In this document: piece by piece, positions 9,765 to 21,400 of the stretch | Numbering within the stretch: the stretch's first letter is position 1 | Layout: every line of letters begins with the position of its first letter | DNA from: Clostridia bacterium | Lineage (GTDB): Bacteria; Bacillota; Clostridia; JAAYHZ01 | Assembly: GCA_050950825.1 (NCBI GenBank) | Contig: JBMNIH010000004.1 | Location: 288,001 to 352,000, forward strand | Direction of reading: 5' to 3' | Length of the DNA stretch: 64,000 bases | Program-made: the position numbers and the translations under genes | Notes under the pieces: generated by a model | What the model was told of the DNA's origin: nothing | The model's database searches: none | What the model saw: the letters and a program-made list of their open reading frames with translations, nothing else

Positions 9765-10127
9765 ATGGGAGATAAATTGTTAAATGCATTTTTGGTAGGC
9801 GGCGCCCTTTGCGCCATTGGACAGCTGTTGATTGACAAAACAAAACTGACGTCCGCACGAATCATGGTGATGTATGTTACCTTAGGTGTGTTTTTGGGCG
9901 GACTGGGTATTTATCAAAAGCTGGTGGATATCGGAGGTGCGGGAGCTACCGTTCCCTTGATGGGATTCGGCTACAGCTTGGCGAAAGGAGTTATGAAGGA
10001 AGTGGACCAAAACGGTTTGTTAGGAGCTTTTACCGGCGGCATTAAAGCGACGGCCGGGGGAATCACCGCCGCCATTATTTTCGGATATATTGCTTCTTTG
10101 ATTGCCAAACCCCAAGGAAGGCGATGA
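9765..10127 (+). CDS. spoVAE: Stage V sporulation protein AE (SpoVAEb)
   Basis: AFLVGGALCAIGQLLID.T, GAGATVP..GFG; AAGGAG RBS before the ATG at 9765. Confidence 0.93.
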   Translation: MGDKLLNAFLVGGALCAIGQLLIDKTKLTSARIMVMYVTLGVFLGGLGIYQKLVDIGGAGATVPLMGFGYSLAKGVMKEVDQNGLLGAFTGGIKATAGGITAAIIFGYIASLIAKPQGRR

Positions 10128-10164
10128 TGGGAAAAGACGTCATTGAATAAAGCATGGAACGACG

Positions 10165-10197
10165 AAGCACGAAAATTTTGTTCGTGCTTGTTTTTTT
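10165..10197 (+). terminator. Intrinsic terminator of the spoVA operon
   Basis: AAGCACGAA-7 nt-TTCGTGCTT then GTTTTTTT. Confidence 0.8.
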
Positions 10198-10229
10198 GTT
10201 CGGATATTTATTCATTTATGGGCGGTTGA

Positions 10230-10258
10230 TTGACACAAAATGCCAAGTAAAGTATGAT
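10230..10258 (+). promoter_or_regulatory. sigma-A promoter at the left island junction
   Basis: TTGACA-17 nt-TATGAT, immediately followed by mid-gene addA sequence. Confidence 0.7.
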
Positions 10259-10760
10259 GCAAACCTGAGAGTTTTATATGACAGAGCGAGACAATTTGAG
10301 GAAACCGGCTATAAAGGCCTGTTTAACTTTATTAACTTCGTGGATAAATTAAAAAGCAGCCGGGGTGATATGGGAAGCGCGAAAATACTCGGCGAGAACG
10401 ATAATGTTGTGCGTATAATGAGCATTCATAAAAGCAAAGGCCTTGAGTTTCCTGTTGTTATTCTGGCAGGCTGCGGAAAACGGTTTAATCTTATGGATAT
10501 GAACAGTAGTATTCTTTTGCATCAGGAACCGGGATTCGGTCCTGATGTAGTTGACTGTTCAAAGAGAATCTCGTGGCCGTCTGCCGCGAAGCTTGGCATC
10601 AGAGAGAAGATAAAGACTGAAAATCTGTCGGAGGAGATGCGGATTCTGTATGTCGCAATGACCGGAGCCCGTGAAAAGCTTATAATAACAGGTTCTGTCC
10701 GGAATATAGAAAAGTCGGCTGCCAGGTGGAGCAGAACAGCTTCGGTTCAGGACGATAAAA
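10259..10760 (+). pseudogene. addA: Internal fragment of helicase-nuclease AddA (SF1 motifs V-VI)
   Basis: [41 protein letters not shown](G)AREKL. About 170 aa of a ~1200 aa protein, no real start, and the invariant Arg of motif VI is Gly. Confidence 0.85.
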
Positions 10761-11077
10761 AGCAATTTGAGAGAATCGAAGAAAAGAGGCCGGCTCTATT
10801 GTTTTCCGGAGAAATGTTGGGGAAATATGTAAACTTAAATGGACAATCCGATATATCTGCAAAGCTACATTTCCAAAAGGGCAACTATGTAAAATCTCCT
10901 GTAAGTTTATTTACTTATTATAGGAACAGTAGGGTTATGGAGTTCAGAGAGTTGAGATGACAGAAGCTGAAAAACCTTTATCTGAATGTAAGATTCCGGA
11001 GAGCATGATAAACATGTGTCACTATTTTATTTTAGCAAGCTTACGTAATAAATAAGTAAATACTCGGAAAGACAGGC

Positions 11078-11950
11078 TCAGGGGGTCCCGTAAAGCTTGT
11101 TTTTATACTCTGTGGGAGACACCCCGGTCTTCTTCCTGAACACACACGAGAAGTGACTAAGACTGCCGAAAGCACATAGATCACAAATCTGCGACATTGT
11201 ACAGTCGGTTTTTATTAACATATCCTTGGCTTTCTCTATTCTCACATTAAGCAAATATTCAAACGGAGTTATCCCTGTATGGCGTTTAAACAGCCTGAGA
11301 AAATGGTAAGGGCTGTAATGCGTTACATTCGCTATCTCAGCAAGGGTTAAATTATTCTGGTAATTATCGGTAATATATTCAATAGCTTTTTTAACAGCCG
11401 CATCATCGTAATAAGTAGCAGACCGAAAAGCTGAACCGGACAGATCGAGGCAACTCTCACGAAGAAGCATAACCGCGACCTGCAGCGCAATGCTTTCCTG
11501 CATCAGGGAAACTCCGGGCAGATCGGCGCTGCATTCCCGTATAAAAATATTCAAAAGCTCCCTCAGTGCAGGTGTTAACGCAAAGCAGCAGTTTTTCAGT
11601 AACGGTTCACTTATGCCGAATAATTCCTCCGCTGTTGATCGGATAAGCGTATTGTCCATATAAACAACCAAAGATTTAAAATCGGTGACTGCCATTTTTT
11701 CACCCCTGTAGGACTGCCCGGGATTACAGGGGAAAATGCTCATTTTCTTCAGAGCGCACCGTTTATTTTGAGTTATAACTACAGGCGCCTGTTTTAACGG
11801 AATCAGGAAGTAGTACTGTCCGCACGAAAATTCATCAAACATTAAATATGAGGTTTCAACTATCACCATTTTATCGCTTGGATATAAATAGGATTTAAGC
11901 ATATGACGGTCTGGAAATGTAGGTTTCAGCACAGATAACATATTTTCCAT
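11078..11950 (-). CDS. AraC family transcriptional regulator
   Basis: C-terminal double HTH LTLAEIA..SPYHFLRLFK..G.TP..RIEKAK..ICDLCAF.S.SHF..VFRKKTGVSP; GGAGG RBS. Confidence 0.92.
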   Translation of the reverse strand: MENMLSVLKPTFPDRHMLKSYLYPSDKMVIVETSYLMFDEFSCGQYYFLIPLKQAPVVITQNKRCALKKMSIFPCNPGQSYRGEKMAVTDFKSLVVYMDNTLIRSTAEELFGISEPLLKNCCFALTPALRELLNIFIRECSADLPGVSLMQESIALQVAVMLLRESCLDLSGSAFRSATYYDDAAVKKAIEYITDNYQNNLTLAEIANVTHYSPYHFLRLFKRHTGITPFEYLLNVRIEKAKDMLIKTDCTMSQICDLCAFGSLSHFSCVFRKKTGVSPTEYKNKLYGTP

Positions 11951-12113
11951 GATACTACCTCCGACGCAGCTTGCTTTTAAATATATTCTGCATTTGCTGC
12001 AGCCTGCTTTAAATATACCATAAAATACTATCAGTTGTCATTACTCAGCATGTGATTTTGTGGAAAAAACCGGTGATTATTTAAAATTCATTCCTGAAAA
12101 AACAAATAAAGTT

Positions 12114-12177
12114 CGCAATCATAATAAAACATTTGAGCAACTTTATGAAAATCATTCCATTATAGCTAACGTATAAT
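12114..12177 (+). promoter_or_regulatory. Putative AraC-activated promoter of the lipoprotein-giant protein operon
   Basis: Direct repeats CGCAATCATAATAAAA / AGCAACTTTATGAAAA 22 bp apart in place of a good -35, then TATAAT at 12172-12177; divergent from the AraC gene. Confidence 0.5.
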
Positions 12178-12360
12178 AATCAGGAAAACATGGGAATGTG
12201 TACGGGAGGCACCCCTATGAAAAACGTACAAATGGCTGATAACGAGGCGGAACAAGTGGCCGGTTTTGTGAAAAAAGCAGGCAGGGCTGCGAATATTCAT
12301 CAATCAGCAGATGCCGGCGAAGGAAATATTCTGCTTCGGCTAAGGATAGGCGGAATATAT

Positions 12361-12903
12361 ATGCCTCGAGCATTAATTCTTATAATGTTGCTTGCAGCAT
12401 TTATGCTTTCAGCCTGCGGGAAAACAGCGTCAAACAATGAAGGCGCGCCTGTTCGTTCGTCAATCATCGAACCCGAGCAGCTCATTTCCAAACAGGAAGC
12501 CGAAGATTTGCTAGGAGAGGCTGTCAAAGACGGCGAAAAGCGCGAACAGCCTGAAGTTGGGCAGAAAATATGCTTCTATGACATGCCATACAGAGATTCG
12601 GCTTATTTTGTTCAGATATCCATTACTCAGGCAGCGCTTATGCCTGCCTCCGGACAGACAGTTGAGGACATTTATAAAACGCTGAAAGAAGCGTTAATCG
12701 AAACGGCGGAGCAAAAAAAGATCGATGGAACAGGAGACGAATACTTCCTCGGAACCCCCGGTCTGCACATATTGAAAGAAGGGTACTATATTTGCATTGC
12801 TGCAGGCAACCTGAATGACGACAGGGTTCTCGGCATACCGGAGCAGGCCGGTGTACCGGCAGTTAATAATTTAGAAAAAATTCTAAGCGAGGTAAGAGAA
12901 TGA
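12361..12903 (+). CDS. Lipoprotein (resembles DUF3558-like sensor fold)
   Basis: Signal peptide with lipobox LSAC from the ATG at 12361; LISKQEAEDLLG..C.Y..IDGTGDE pattern; stop overlaps the start of the giant gene (ATGA). Confidence 0.7.
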   Translation: MPRALILIMLLAAFMLSACGKTASNNEGAPVRSSIIEPEQLISKQEAEDLLGEAVKDGEKREQPEVGQKICFYDMPYRDSAYFVQISITQAALMPASGQTVEDIYKTLKEALIETAEQKKIDGTGDEYFLGTPGLHILKEGYYICIAAGNLNDDRVLGIPEQAGVPAVNNLEKILSEVRE

Positions 12904-13337
12904 AAATTATTAAAAGTATTGTAAAATGGATTGGAACACAATTTCAGGTGCATACCGTCTATTCACTGCTTATAACGATAACGGCCGCCGCACTCGTCAC
13001 AGCGGGAATCCTTTGGATTCCCGGATTATTCAAGTCAGCCGAAACATCTGCTTACCTGCCCGATCGCGAGTATATTCTTGCCCCGGTTGAATATAAAGAG
13101 CCTCAAACCCTTGAAGAACTCCTTCACGTCAGGATATCAGAGCCGGATGTGGACACGTTGCTGCGCAATCCGGCGATTGCAGAAGAACTTATGAAAGCTG
13201 AAAAGCTGACTGATGTTGTAGATTCACGGCTTGCTCTGAACAACCTGCGCAACCTTGATCAGCAGCTCGCTGAGCGGATTGAACAGATGCAGAAATCCTT
13301 TGGTAAAAGCAATAAACCTGATGTTACGAACATTGAG

Positions 13338-13526
13338 CTTGCCGGAATGAGCAGTGAGACTGCCGAAACCGGCAATAGGCCTGCCGGGGCGGGCAGTAAA
13401 CCTGCCGGAACAAGCAATGAGGTTGATAGAGTGGGCAGTGAACCTGCCGGAACGAGCAATGAGGTTGCCGGAGTGAGCAGTGACCTTGCCGGAACCGGCG
13501 GAGAGCATGCCGGAACAAACGGTGAG
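13338..13526 (+). repeat. Nine in-frame 21 bp tandem repeats (7 aa units such as PAGTSNE)
   Basis: Units such as cctgccggaacaagcaatgag, cctgccggaacgagcaatgag, gttgccggagtgagcagtgac. Confidence 0.85.
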
Positions 13527-16500
13527 TCTTCCAAAGCATCGGCGGATACCATCAGCGCAGCAATAGACAATACGGCGGATCCGGCGAATGCCCCCTCTGC
13601 ACAGGAGGAGCAGATGCTTTCTGTCAAATCGGCAAATGCCCCGGCTGCACCGGCCAATCTGTCCGGTATATCGACCAATCTGCAGGAAATGTCATCATTT
13701 TCCCATGGCATTGCCATACAGGCAACAGGCGAGCTTGCAGTACCGGAAAAGGAGCTGGAACAGCTGAACCAACTCCTTTCAGGGCTGAAAAATGCGACAG
13801 GACGGCTGCTTGAACCAAAGGAGTACAGCGATGACCTTGTGTCAATTCCGTCTGCAATGAATATGAAGGCTATATGGCAATCACCGGACGAGGCGCTTGT
13901 CCATATGACCCCATCGGGAGACTGGATCCCCGAGCAGGGCTACAAGCTTTACAGGAAAGTTGAAGGTCAGGAAGTTCTGATCAACGAGAGTGCTTTGTCG
14001 CCGGTACCCATCCTGTCCGGAGAAATTCAGATTGCCGATGCTGATATGATAAAGGCACTTTACAAGCAAGCGGAGCTGACGCCGGAAAAACTGAAAGTCC
14101 TGGATATGACCGCTGAAGAGTTCAGGGATAAGGCCTACCGCGTTGATTCCCTCACGCCGAAGGAACGCATAGGCGGCAAAGTGGACTTCCTCGCAATGAA
14201 AGAGGCGCTTATTACAGTTCCCGCAAGCATGGAGCAGAAAATTCCCCAAACAGACATTATGTTTGGTTTTCCTATATACATTCAGGATAACATTTCGATT
14301 TATCAACATAATTTCTCTGAATTGAAAATTAATCTTATGCAGAAGTTTTCACTTGTTCATGCTGCGCAGCCGACCGGTATCAGAGGATTTACACAGCTTC
14401 CTGACGGCGCAAAAAAAGTGAAGCTGACCAAAGATATCATGTCAGCCCGGCAGCAGATTTCCACGCTCGCTTTCGTTGATGATGAGTTTGCGGAAAAAGC
14501 CGGATTCTTAGTCCGCGATGATCTCTCAGCGCTTAACCTGTCAAATGGTACGAGGGTTCAGTATATCGTCGAAATGCCTGACGGCAGTCGGTCATTCGTT
14601 AACATTACCCACGGAGAGGAGAAAAACCTTACAAAACCGCAGGAGCTGATGGGTTACGGCATTGACGGTAAGGTGATGCTACGCTGGGATGTGCCGCAGG
14701 ACGAGGAAGAAAGAAGCATTGTAAGCGGTTATCATATTGAGCGCAAGCTCGAAGATGAAACATCGTTTACTAAAATTACGGAGCAGCCCGTTGCAATTTC
14801 TTACATACTTGACGAACACGATATGTATTTTGAGTTGCCGGTATTCTTTGAAGACGAGGTCGAGGACGGCCTTACGGCTGAATACCGTATTTATTCGATT
14901 GATGTATTCGGCCGGAGCAGCGAGTATTCGGATGCTGCCAGCGTAACAGTCTATCGCGTTACGCCACCGAACGCGCCCGTTATAGAGTCACCTGCGTTAT
15001 CGGGCAAACCGGAACCGGTTGTGAATTCGACACAGATGCAAGGTACTTCAGCGAATACCGGTGAGAGTTCGGTCAGTGCAGTTTCCTGGTCAGGTGTTGT
15101 ACATTTGCCCGGGTCAGTCCTTCAGGATGCAATGGAACTGAATAAATATAAACCCGGTATCGTTCTGCCGATTTTTACCGATACGCCCGATACTGTGCGC
15201 TTCACGATATACCGTGCCAAAGCAGTCGGCGCGGAAAGTTTCGGACCTCCGGAGATCCTCGCTGACATCTCCTATGATAACCCGCGTCCGCCGAAGCCTC
15301 AAAGTTTTGTAGACGAAGGCGAAGACGACGAATTTGATGCCGGGCCGTCTCAAATTGAAATGCTGGATACTGCCGCCTCTTCCTCTTCCCAAAAAGAGCT
15401 TAAAAGATCTGAAGACGACGGCGATGGCGGTACTGTTGACAGCCGGCCGGATCAAATGAAAACGCTGAATAAGCCTGCCTCTCCCAAAACAATGCAAAAA
15501 AAGAGCAATAAAGGAATACATGTCGTGTTGGCTGAGTACAGTCCTCACCAACCCGATCTGGTCTATTTTGACTCAGATGTTGAAGAAGGTTGTACATATA
15601 AATACTGGGTCTCGGCCTGGGATAAATGGAATAATGAAAGCGCATGGTCACAATCGGTCACAATGGGCATTCCCACCAAGAAAGAGCCTGAGATTCCGAA
15701 AGAGATTGATATAGCGATGCATGTACGCAGGCTTCCTGATCGCTCGTTTGCCCCTCCCGGGATGCTCGTCAACGGTCCGATCCAATATGCCAAACTCCCG
15801 AACTCCGGCGCAAAGACACTTATGTCCGGTAACATTGAATGGAGCTATGCCGGAGTAGACTTCCCCGACCGGAATTACCCGGACGGGGCTGTCCTCGGCA
15901 CGGTTGAAAATGCTATCGCCGACAAAGCCCGAATAGGAGGATTTTTACTGGATGACCGTGTTCCGGCAGTGATCGATGCGGAGTATGACAACCTGCCTGA
16001 TCGCAAGTATATCCATAAGTTTGTAGGAGTGAAAGGTGAGGATGTGCTGTCCGGCGGCATTGCTGTCCTCAGATGGCCGGCCTATACGGGAGAAGGTCTC
16101 GAAGGCTACGCCGTCTACCGTCCGCTGTTTACCCCGAAAGCCTTGGAGGAAATGCAGCAGATGTCCTACAGTGAGCTCGTGGCTATGGGCAGATGGCAAC
16201 TCGTGAATGATGAGGTAATCAAGCAGAATCAGCTTATGCTGAGCGGGCTTGACGATACACCCGGAAGTCTGTCGCTGTTCCTTGTCTGTACTCGAGCCCG
16301 AAAAAGAGCCGGAGGATACATCCGCTGTATCCGATGATGAAAGCCTCAGCGCGGACCTTCCCGAGGGTGGTCATGTCTTTCTAAGCTGGGATAAACCCGA
16401 CGACCCGCAGGTGCAGTATTACCGCGTCTACCGCAGCGAGGTGCCCTCGTTTAAAGAGCCTGTTGACGAATCAAAGCTCGATTGGACTCTGGTCGGTGAC

Positions 16501-17832
16501 CGCATTGAACACAACCGGTTCACACACCGTGTGGAGCAGAGCTTTGCGCACTATTACTATTACAAAATCACATCGGTGTCCCCATGGGGCGTTGAATCGA
16601 TGGAAGGCCGGATACAGCGCTTCCGCGTACCCGCCACAAAGCCCCCGGATACTCCCAACCTGCTTTTGCCGCTCTCGACGAAGGACGGCGTGAAGATAAA
16701 TTTCTCGGCGGTACGGCATTGCGACCGCTATGAAATATGGCGTACACCGATACCAATACATTCGATGGAGGAAGTCAAAGAATTGGCAAAGACGCATCCG
16801 GAACTGTACGAGGCTCTGTTCGGGTCTCCTGATACGTCTAATGAGGATTTCATCAATAACTATTTTGACACGCTGAGCAAAGAACGCGAATCAGCCCAGT
16901 CGCAGTATGTACCCATGCAGTTCGCCTCCAGGTCCGGCGAGTCTGTACCGATGCAGCTCACCTCAGGCTCACCGGAAGGACTTGGGTTTATGTCAATGCC
17001 GTTTACGGTAGGTCTTTCAAATCAGGAGCCTGCAATGTCAACGGCGGCTAAACCGGGACTATCGAATCCGTCCCGGGTCAGAACGCTAAATCCTGTCGGC
17101 AAATTCAAGACGCTTTCGATTTTCAACATCTCCTCGGTTAAGAGGAATCTCGAAGCTCTCTCCTTGGAGAAGAAACTGAATGTCTATAATATAATTCTCG
17201 ACAAATACGGCCCCCTTGCGATTGCCGATTACTCACAGCTAAGCTGGGAGATGAGCAGGCGGGTTAATTGGGAAAAGATAGGTGAAATTCTCGCTGACTA
17301 CACCACGACCGAAACAGTCGATCCGGCCACCGGGCTTTTAAAGCCGCTGTCGTTCACCGACAAAACCGCGCAGTACGGCGTCCTCTATCTTTATACCGTC
17401 CAGGCATGGAACGACGACAACCTCGGTTCCACGCGGCCTGAGCCGGTGATAGCCACGCCGCGCAGAAATGGTCCGTTTGACCCCATCGACGGTCTAAAAG
17501 GGGAAATTGTCAATGGAGTTCCGACGCTCGTATGGAATACGCCAAAAATGAAAAATGTTTTGCCCGAAAAGTGTCTTGAGGATACGGTAGGTTATATCGT
17601 ATACCGCTCGGACACGAGGGATGGCACATACTATCAGGCAAGCCCGCTGCTCTTCGAGAATAGATGGGTCGACACCGAAGCTGACAGGAACGCCTTCAAC
17701 TGGTATAAGGTCAAAGTTCTTGATACGGGCGGATATCTCTCGGATTTCTCCGAGCCGGTACTCATTCAGCAGACCTTCATAACCGATATGGTGACCGTTA
17801 TTCCCAAGTTTGATCTGCCCGACAACATAGTC

Positions 17833-18425
17833 ATAGCGCCGAGAATAAGCTTTGACGGCAGCAATTTTACGGCAGACGAAGGCATGGTGTTTGAAACCTC
17901 ATACAGCCTTTCGGGCACCGATCCAATTACCGTTACTCTTAAGGCTGCTGACAGTAAAGGCGCCGAGGTAGACGGATTTGCGGTGAATGCTGCTTCACGC
18001 AGGGTAACGGCTTCATCAAAACTCGGAGCAGGAACTTATACAGTTACGGTAACGGCAACAAACAGCGCAGGAGAAAGCAAGGCTTCGTTCACACTTACGG
18101 TAAAGCCCAAAATAGTAATTACAGAGCCCAATATAACGGATATACCTCTTGTTGTGAAACCTAAAATCACATTTGACAAAAGCAGCTACAATGCCGTTGA
18201 GGGTACAGCGTTTGAAACCTCATACAACCTTACGGGCACCGAGCCCATTACAGTTACTTTGAAGGCTGTCAACGCCAAAGGCAGCATAATCCGCACCATT
18301 AGGGCGGATGCGGACTCACGGAAGGTAATCGCTCCGTCGACGCTTCCCCCTGATACCTATACAGTGACGGTGACGGCAAAAAACAGTGCCGGAGAAAGCT
18401 CAGCTTCGTTTATGCTAACGGTAGT
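17833..18425 (+). repeat. Two duplicated Ig-like domains in the giant protein
   Basis: P.I.FD.S...A.EG..FETSY.L.GT.PITVTLKA ... TYTVTVTA.NSAGES.ASF.LTV occurs twice, with DNA similarity (tttgaaacctcatac...cctt.cgggcaccga). Confidence 0.8.
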
Positions 18426-21400
18426 GCCATCGGGTGAGCCCCCGAAGCTTTCCGAACGCGATGACGGTTACCGGTTTAAGATGTACCTGGCACTATTCGG
18501 ATCGAATGATTTCACGGTACAGTTCTCCGCGTCGGGTACCGAGCCCCTCGAATGGTCGCTTGAGCCTTATAAGGAAATAAGTATTCCTGATGAGATAACG
18601 ATAAACGACAGGGGGCTTTTAACTGTTAAAAACACTGTAAAAAAGGGTACTTACCGGTTTGTTGTAAAAGTCGGCAACAAATTCGGATCAGATGAAAAGA
18701 CCGTTTTTCCGGATGTTATGCCCCTGCTTCAACCGGATGTCACGAAGAAGCCGGATAACTCGATTATACCGAGGGATTCTCTTCCACCGATTGTCACGGT
18801 CGCATCCACGCCCACGCCCGGCCCGTTTATAATAAAGTCTATAGGCTTTCTCGACACAGTTTCGGTAAGCGGTGCGGGTACCGTGCATACAAACGGAAAC
18901 ATCAATGCGGCGTCAGAACTCCCACAGGTTGAAATATTCGATTATACGAGTAACTATGTGAAATGCATGAGCTTTACTCTGAGCGATGTGAAGCTGAATG
19001 GCGGGCAAAACGCTTATTACGGCACGGCAATGCTGAATCTCGGCGGAGCAACCGTACCGGTATATATTATACGGGCCGGTATCTCACATCTAGGCGGAGA
19101 GGATATCATGACCGATGGCTCTGTTTTTATCGAACAGCCTTTCGAACTATCGGCTGTCGGCCTGACGCTCGTATCTCTCGACATCTCGCCTCATGCAAAT
19201 TATGCGAAGGTCTCCGGATATATAAAAAGCACGGTCACGGGCAGCAACCTTGCCGGTGATTTATATTCGCTAAAATTTGAAGATGCGAACCTTACCCCGG
19301 GTACAATCACAATAAGTAAAAATCTGCCCGATATTCGCTACAGGCAGTTAAAAATATACAATATAAAAACCATTGTTATAAACCTTAATGCCGCACAACA
19401 ACAGGGAAAGGATTTGCTCTCGCTGCAGGAACCTGACGTTGCTATGAAATTCCACCTCGAAACGCTCAGCAACGAAGGACTGGAGTTTGAGACAGACAAT
19501 TCGCTTTCATTTGATACACAGGGCAGGCTTAGCGGTCGCATTTTTACGAATAAAGAACAATTCCTGCAACTGCTCGTACCGGGCGGTGCAGGACTTAGGG
19601 CAGGCGCTGCCGAGCTTGAGATTGCCGACGGAGAGTTTAAATCAAACGGCAAGCTTATAGGCAAGCTCGTGATACCGTTTGAAAAGACAACCACACAGGG
19701 TCCTCTTGTACCGGCTATTTATGCGGGCGCGCATCCGGCGCACAGCGAGCTGGACGACCTGGCGTCCGGCAGCGGAGTTCTTTCGCAGGAGCATCAGGAT
19801 GCGCTGAATAATTCGCTCGTACACTATGGTCAAAAGGTGCAGCAAAACAGTCTCCTTATCCTGCCTAAATCCTTTGAGCTGCAGGATAAATGCGCATCGG
19901 CCTCTATCTACCTCGTTGACTGGAGCGGAGAGGGTTTTGTGATTAAATCGGCGACCATGGATAATGTAAGGGTGACCAACCGAAACTTATCCGGTATAGA
20001 TAAGCTGGGCGATTTTGAGGTGGGTGACTATTATCAGCGCGAACAGGCTCTTATCCTCAGTGGGGGCAGCGATAAGCTCGGATATGATGTGTCCATAGAT
20101 CTCAGCCGGGAAGATAGTCTGCCGAAAACGGGAAATACGCAGGGTCAAAACAATGATACGGAGATATTGACTCCGAAGGAAACCGAAAAACCATTTTGGG
20201 TAGGCATTGTTGTCGGGAAAGCAGAATTGGAGCTGCCGTCGAAATATCTCCGGCAGGCCGACGGCAGTATTATTCGGTTCAACCTGGCAGAGGGCGAAAT
20301 GCTCTATGACCTTAACGGATTCAACTACCAGACCTATCTGTACGGCAGCGACCCGGAGGGTGTGCCGGCACAGTTCGGGGATAACCTGGGCGGTTTTAAG
20401 GATGTTCGTATCAAGGACTGTCTGCTCGACCTTTATGCCAACACAGTCAATCTCGAAATAAACGCGACGGTCAGGGTTGAAATCCTTCAGAACGAAAAGA
20501 TGGAAGCTAAACTCTACACCGACAAAAGCGGAGAATTCATCTGCTCGGTGGCGCCAACGAATGTTGCGCTGGCAAAGGGCATCAATATGAAAATAGCCGG
20601 GGGTTTTTTTGAAAAAGAAGGGATGCGTATAAGCGGCGAGATGATGCTGCCTGCTGAAGGATTCGATGCAGTCACGAAAGACCCGCCGGGCTTCACTGAT
20701 CTGACCATTCCAAGCAGTCTTGACGCGGTAACGCCTGGAATTGCTGCAAAAAGCGCAGCCGCCGTTGTGCTTGACAAGCCGGTGAACATCAACTTTAAAG
20801 GTTTCCCGATGGAGGTGCGCGAATTTGAGCTGAGATACAGGAAAAAACCGGCTGCTGTTTTTCAGTTTCCGGGAGATACGAAGAGATACGATTCGATACA
20901 AATAACGCTGCGAGGCGCCACACGGCTTTCCGATAATATTGCGCTCTCACGCGATACGACTGACTCTCTTGCAATAAAATGCAGCTTTGCGGACCGTGGT
21001 GCTCCTCCGGACGCGATGCCGGAACCGGTTTTGCTGTATGAAGAATCCAAATCCGAGCTTAACACATCCTTTGACGGCTGCATCGACATTACGGCAAAGA
21101 AGCTAATCCCGAAGAAATTGCCGCAAGGCAGCCAAACGGGAGGCCTTGTGGAGTTTGAAACAGACGGGCTCGACCTGAATTTCCTCGGTCAAAGCCTTAA
21201 GAGCCTGCCGGTAACAGCTAAAACCCGATTCGGCAAGCAGCCGGACGGCAAATTCTATTACGCTGTCGGGCTGACGCCTCAAAATGGGCAACCCATCAAT
21301 TTCGGCGCCGGTGATGTGGATAACTTTACGGGACTGGTTGCGTATAATATGGCTGTTGGCACCGATGAACAGGGAAGGTACCGGTTCCCTGACAATCCCG

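Noticed and set aside
10154-10258. N-terminal TM-like segment of the 268 aa ORF
   Set aside because: It is a translation of the spoVA terminator and a promoter; AddA similarity starts only at 10259.
12190-12360. N-terminal extension of the lipoprotein ORF
   Set aside because: It would bury the signal peptide; the start at 12361 gives a normal lipoprotein signal. It may be a remnant of a deleted gene.
13338-13526. Regular repeats as a possible CRISPR array
   Set aside because: Contiguous degenerate in-frame units with no unique spacers and no cas genes; no CRISPR array was seen anywhere in the window.
19987-20901. 304 aa minus-strand ORF and other antisense ORFs (e.g. 32152-32907, 13259-13717)
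   Set aside because: Shadows of real genes with no RBS or recognisable motifs.
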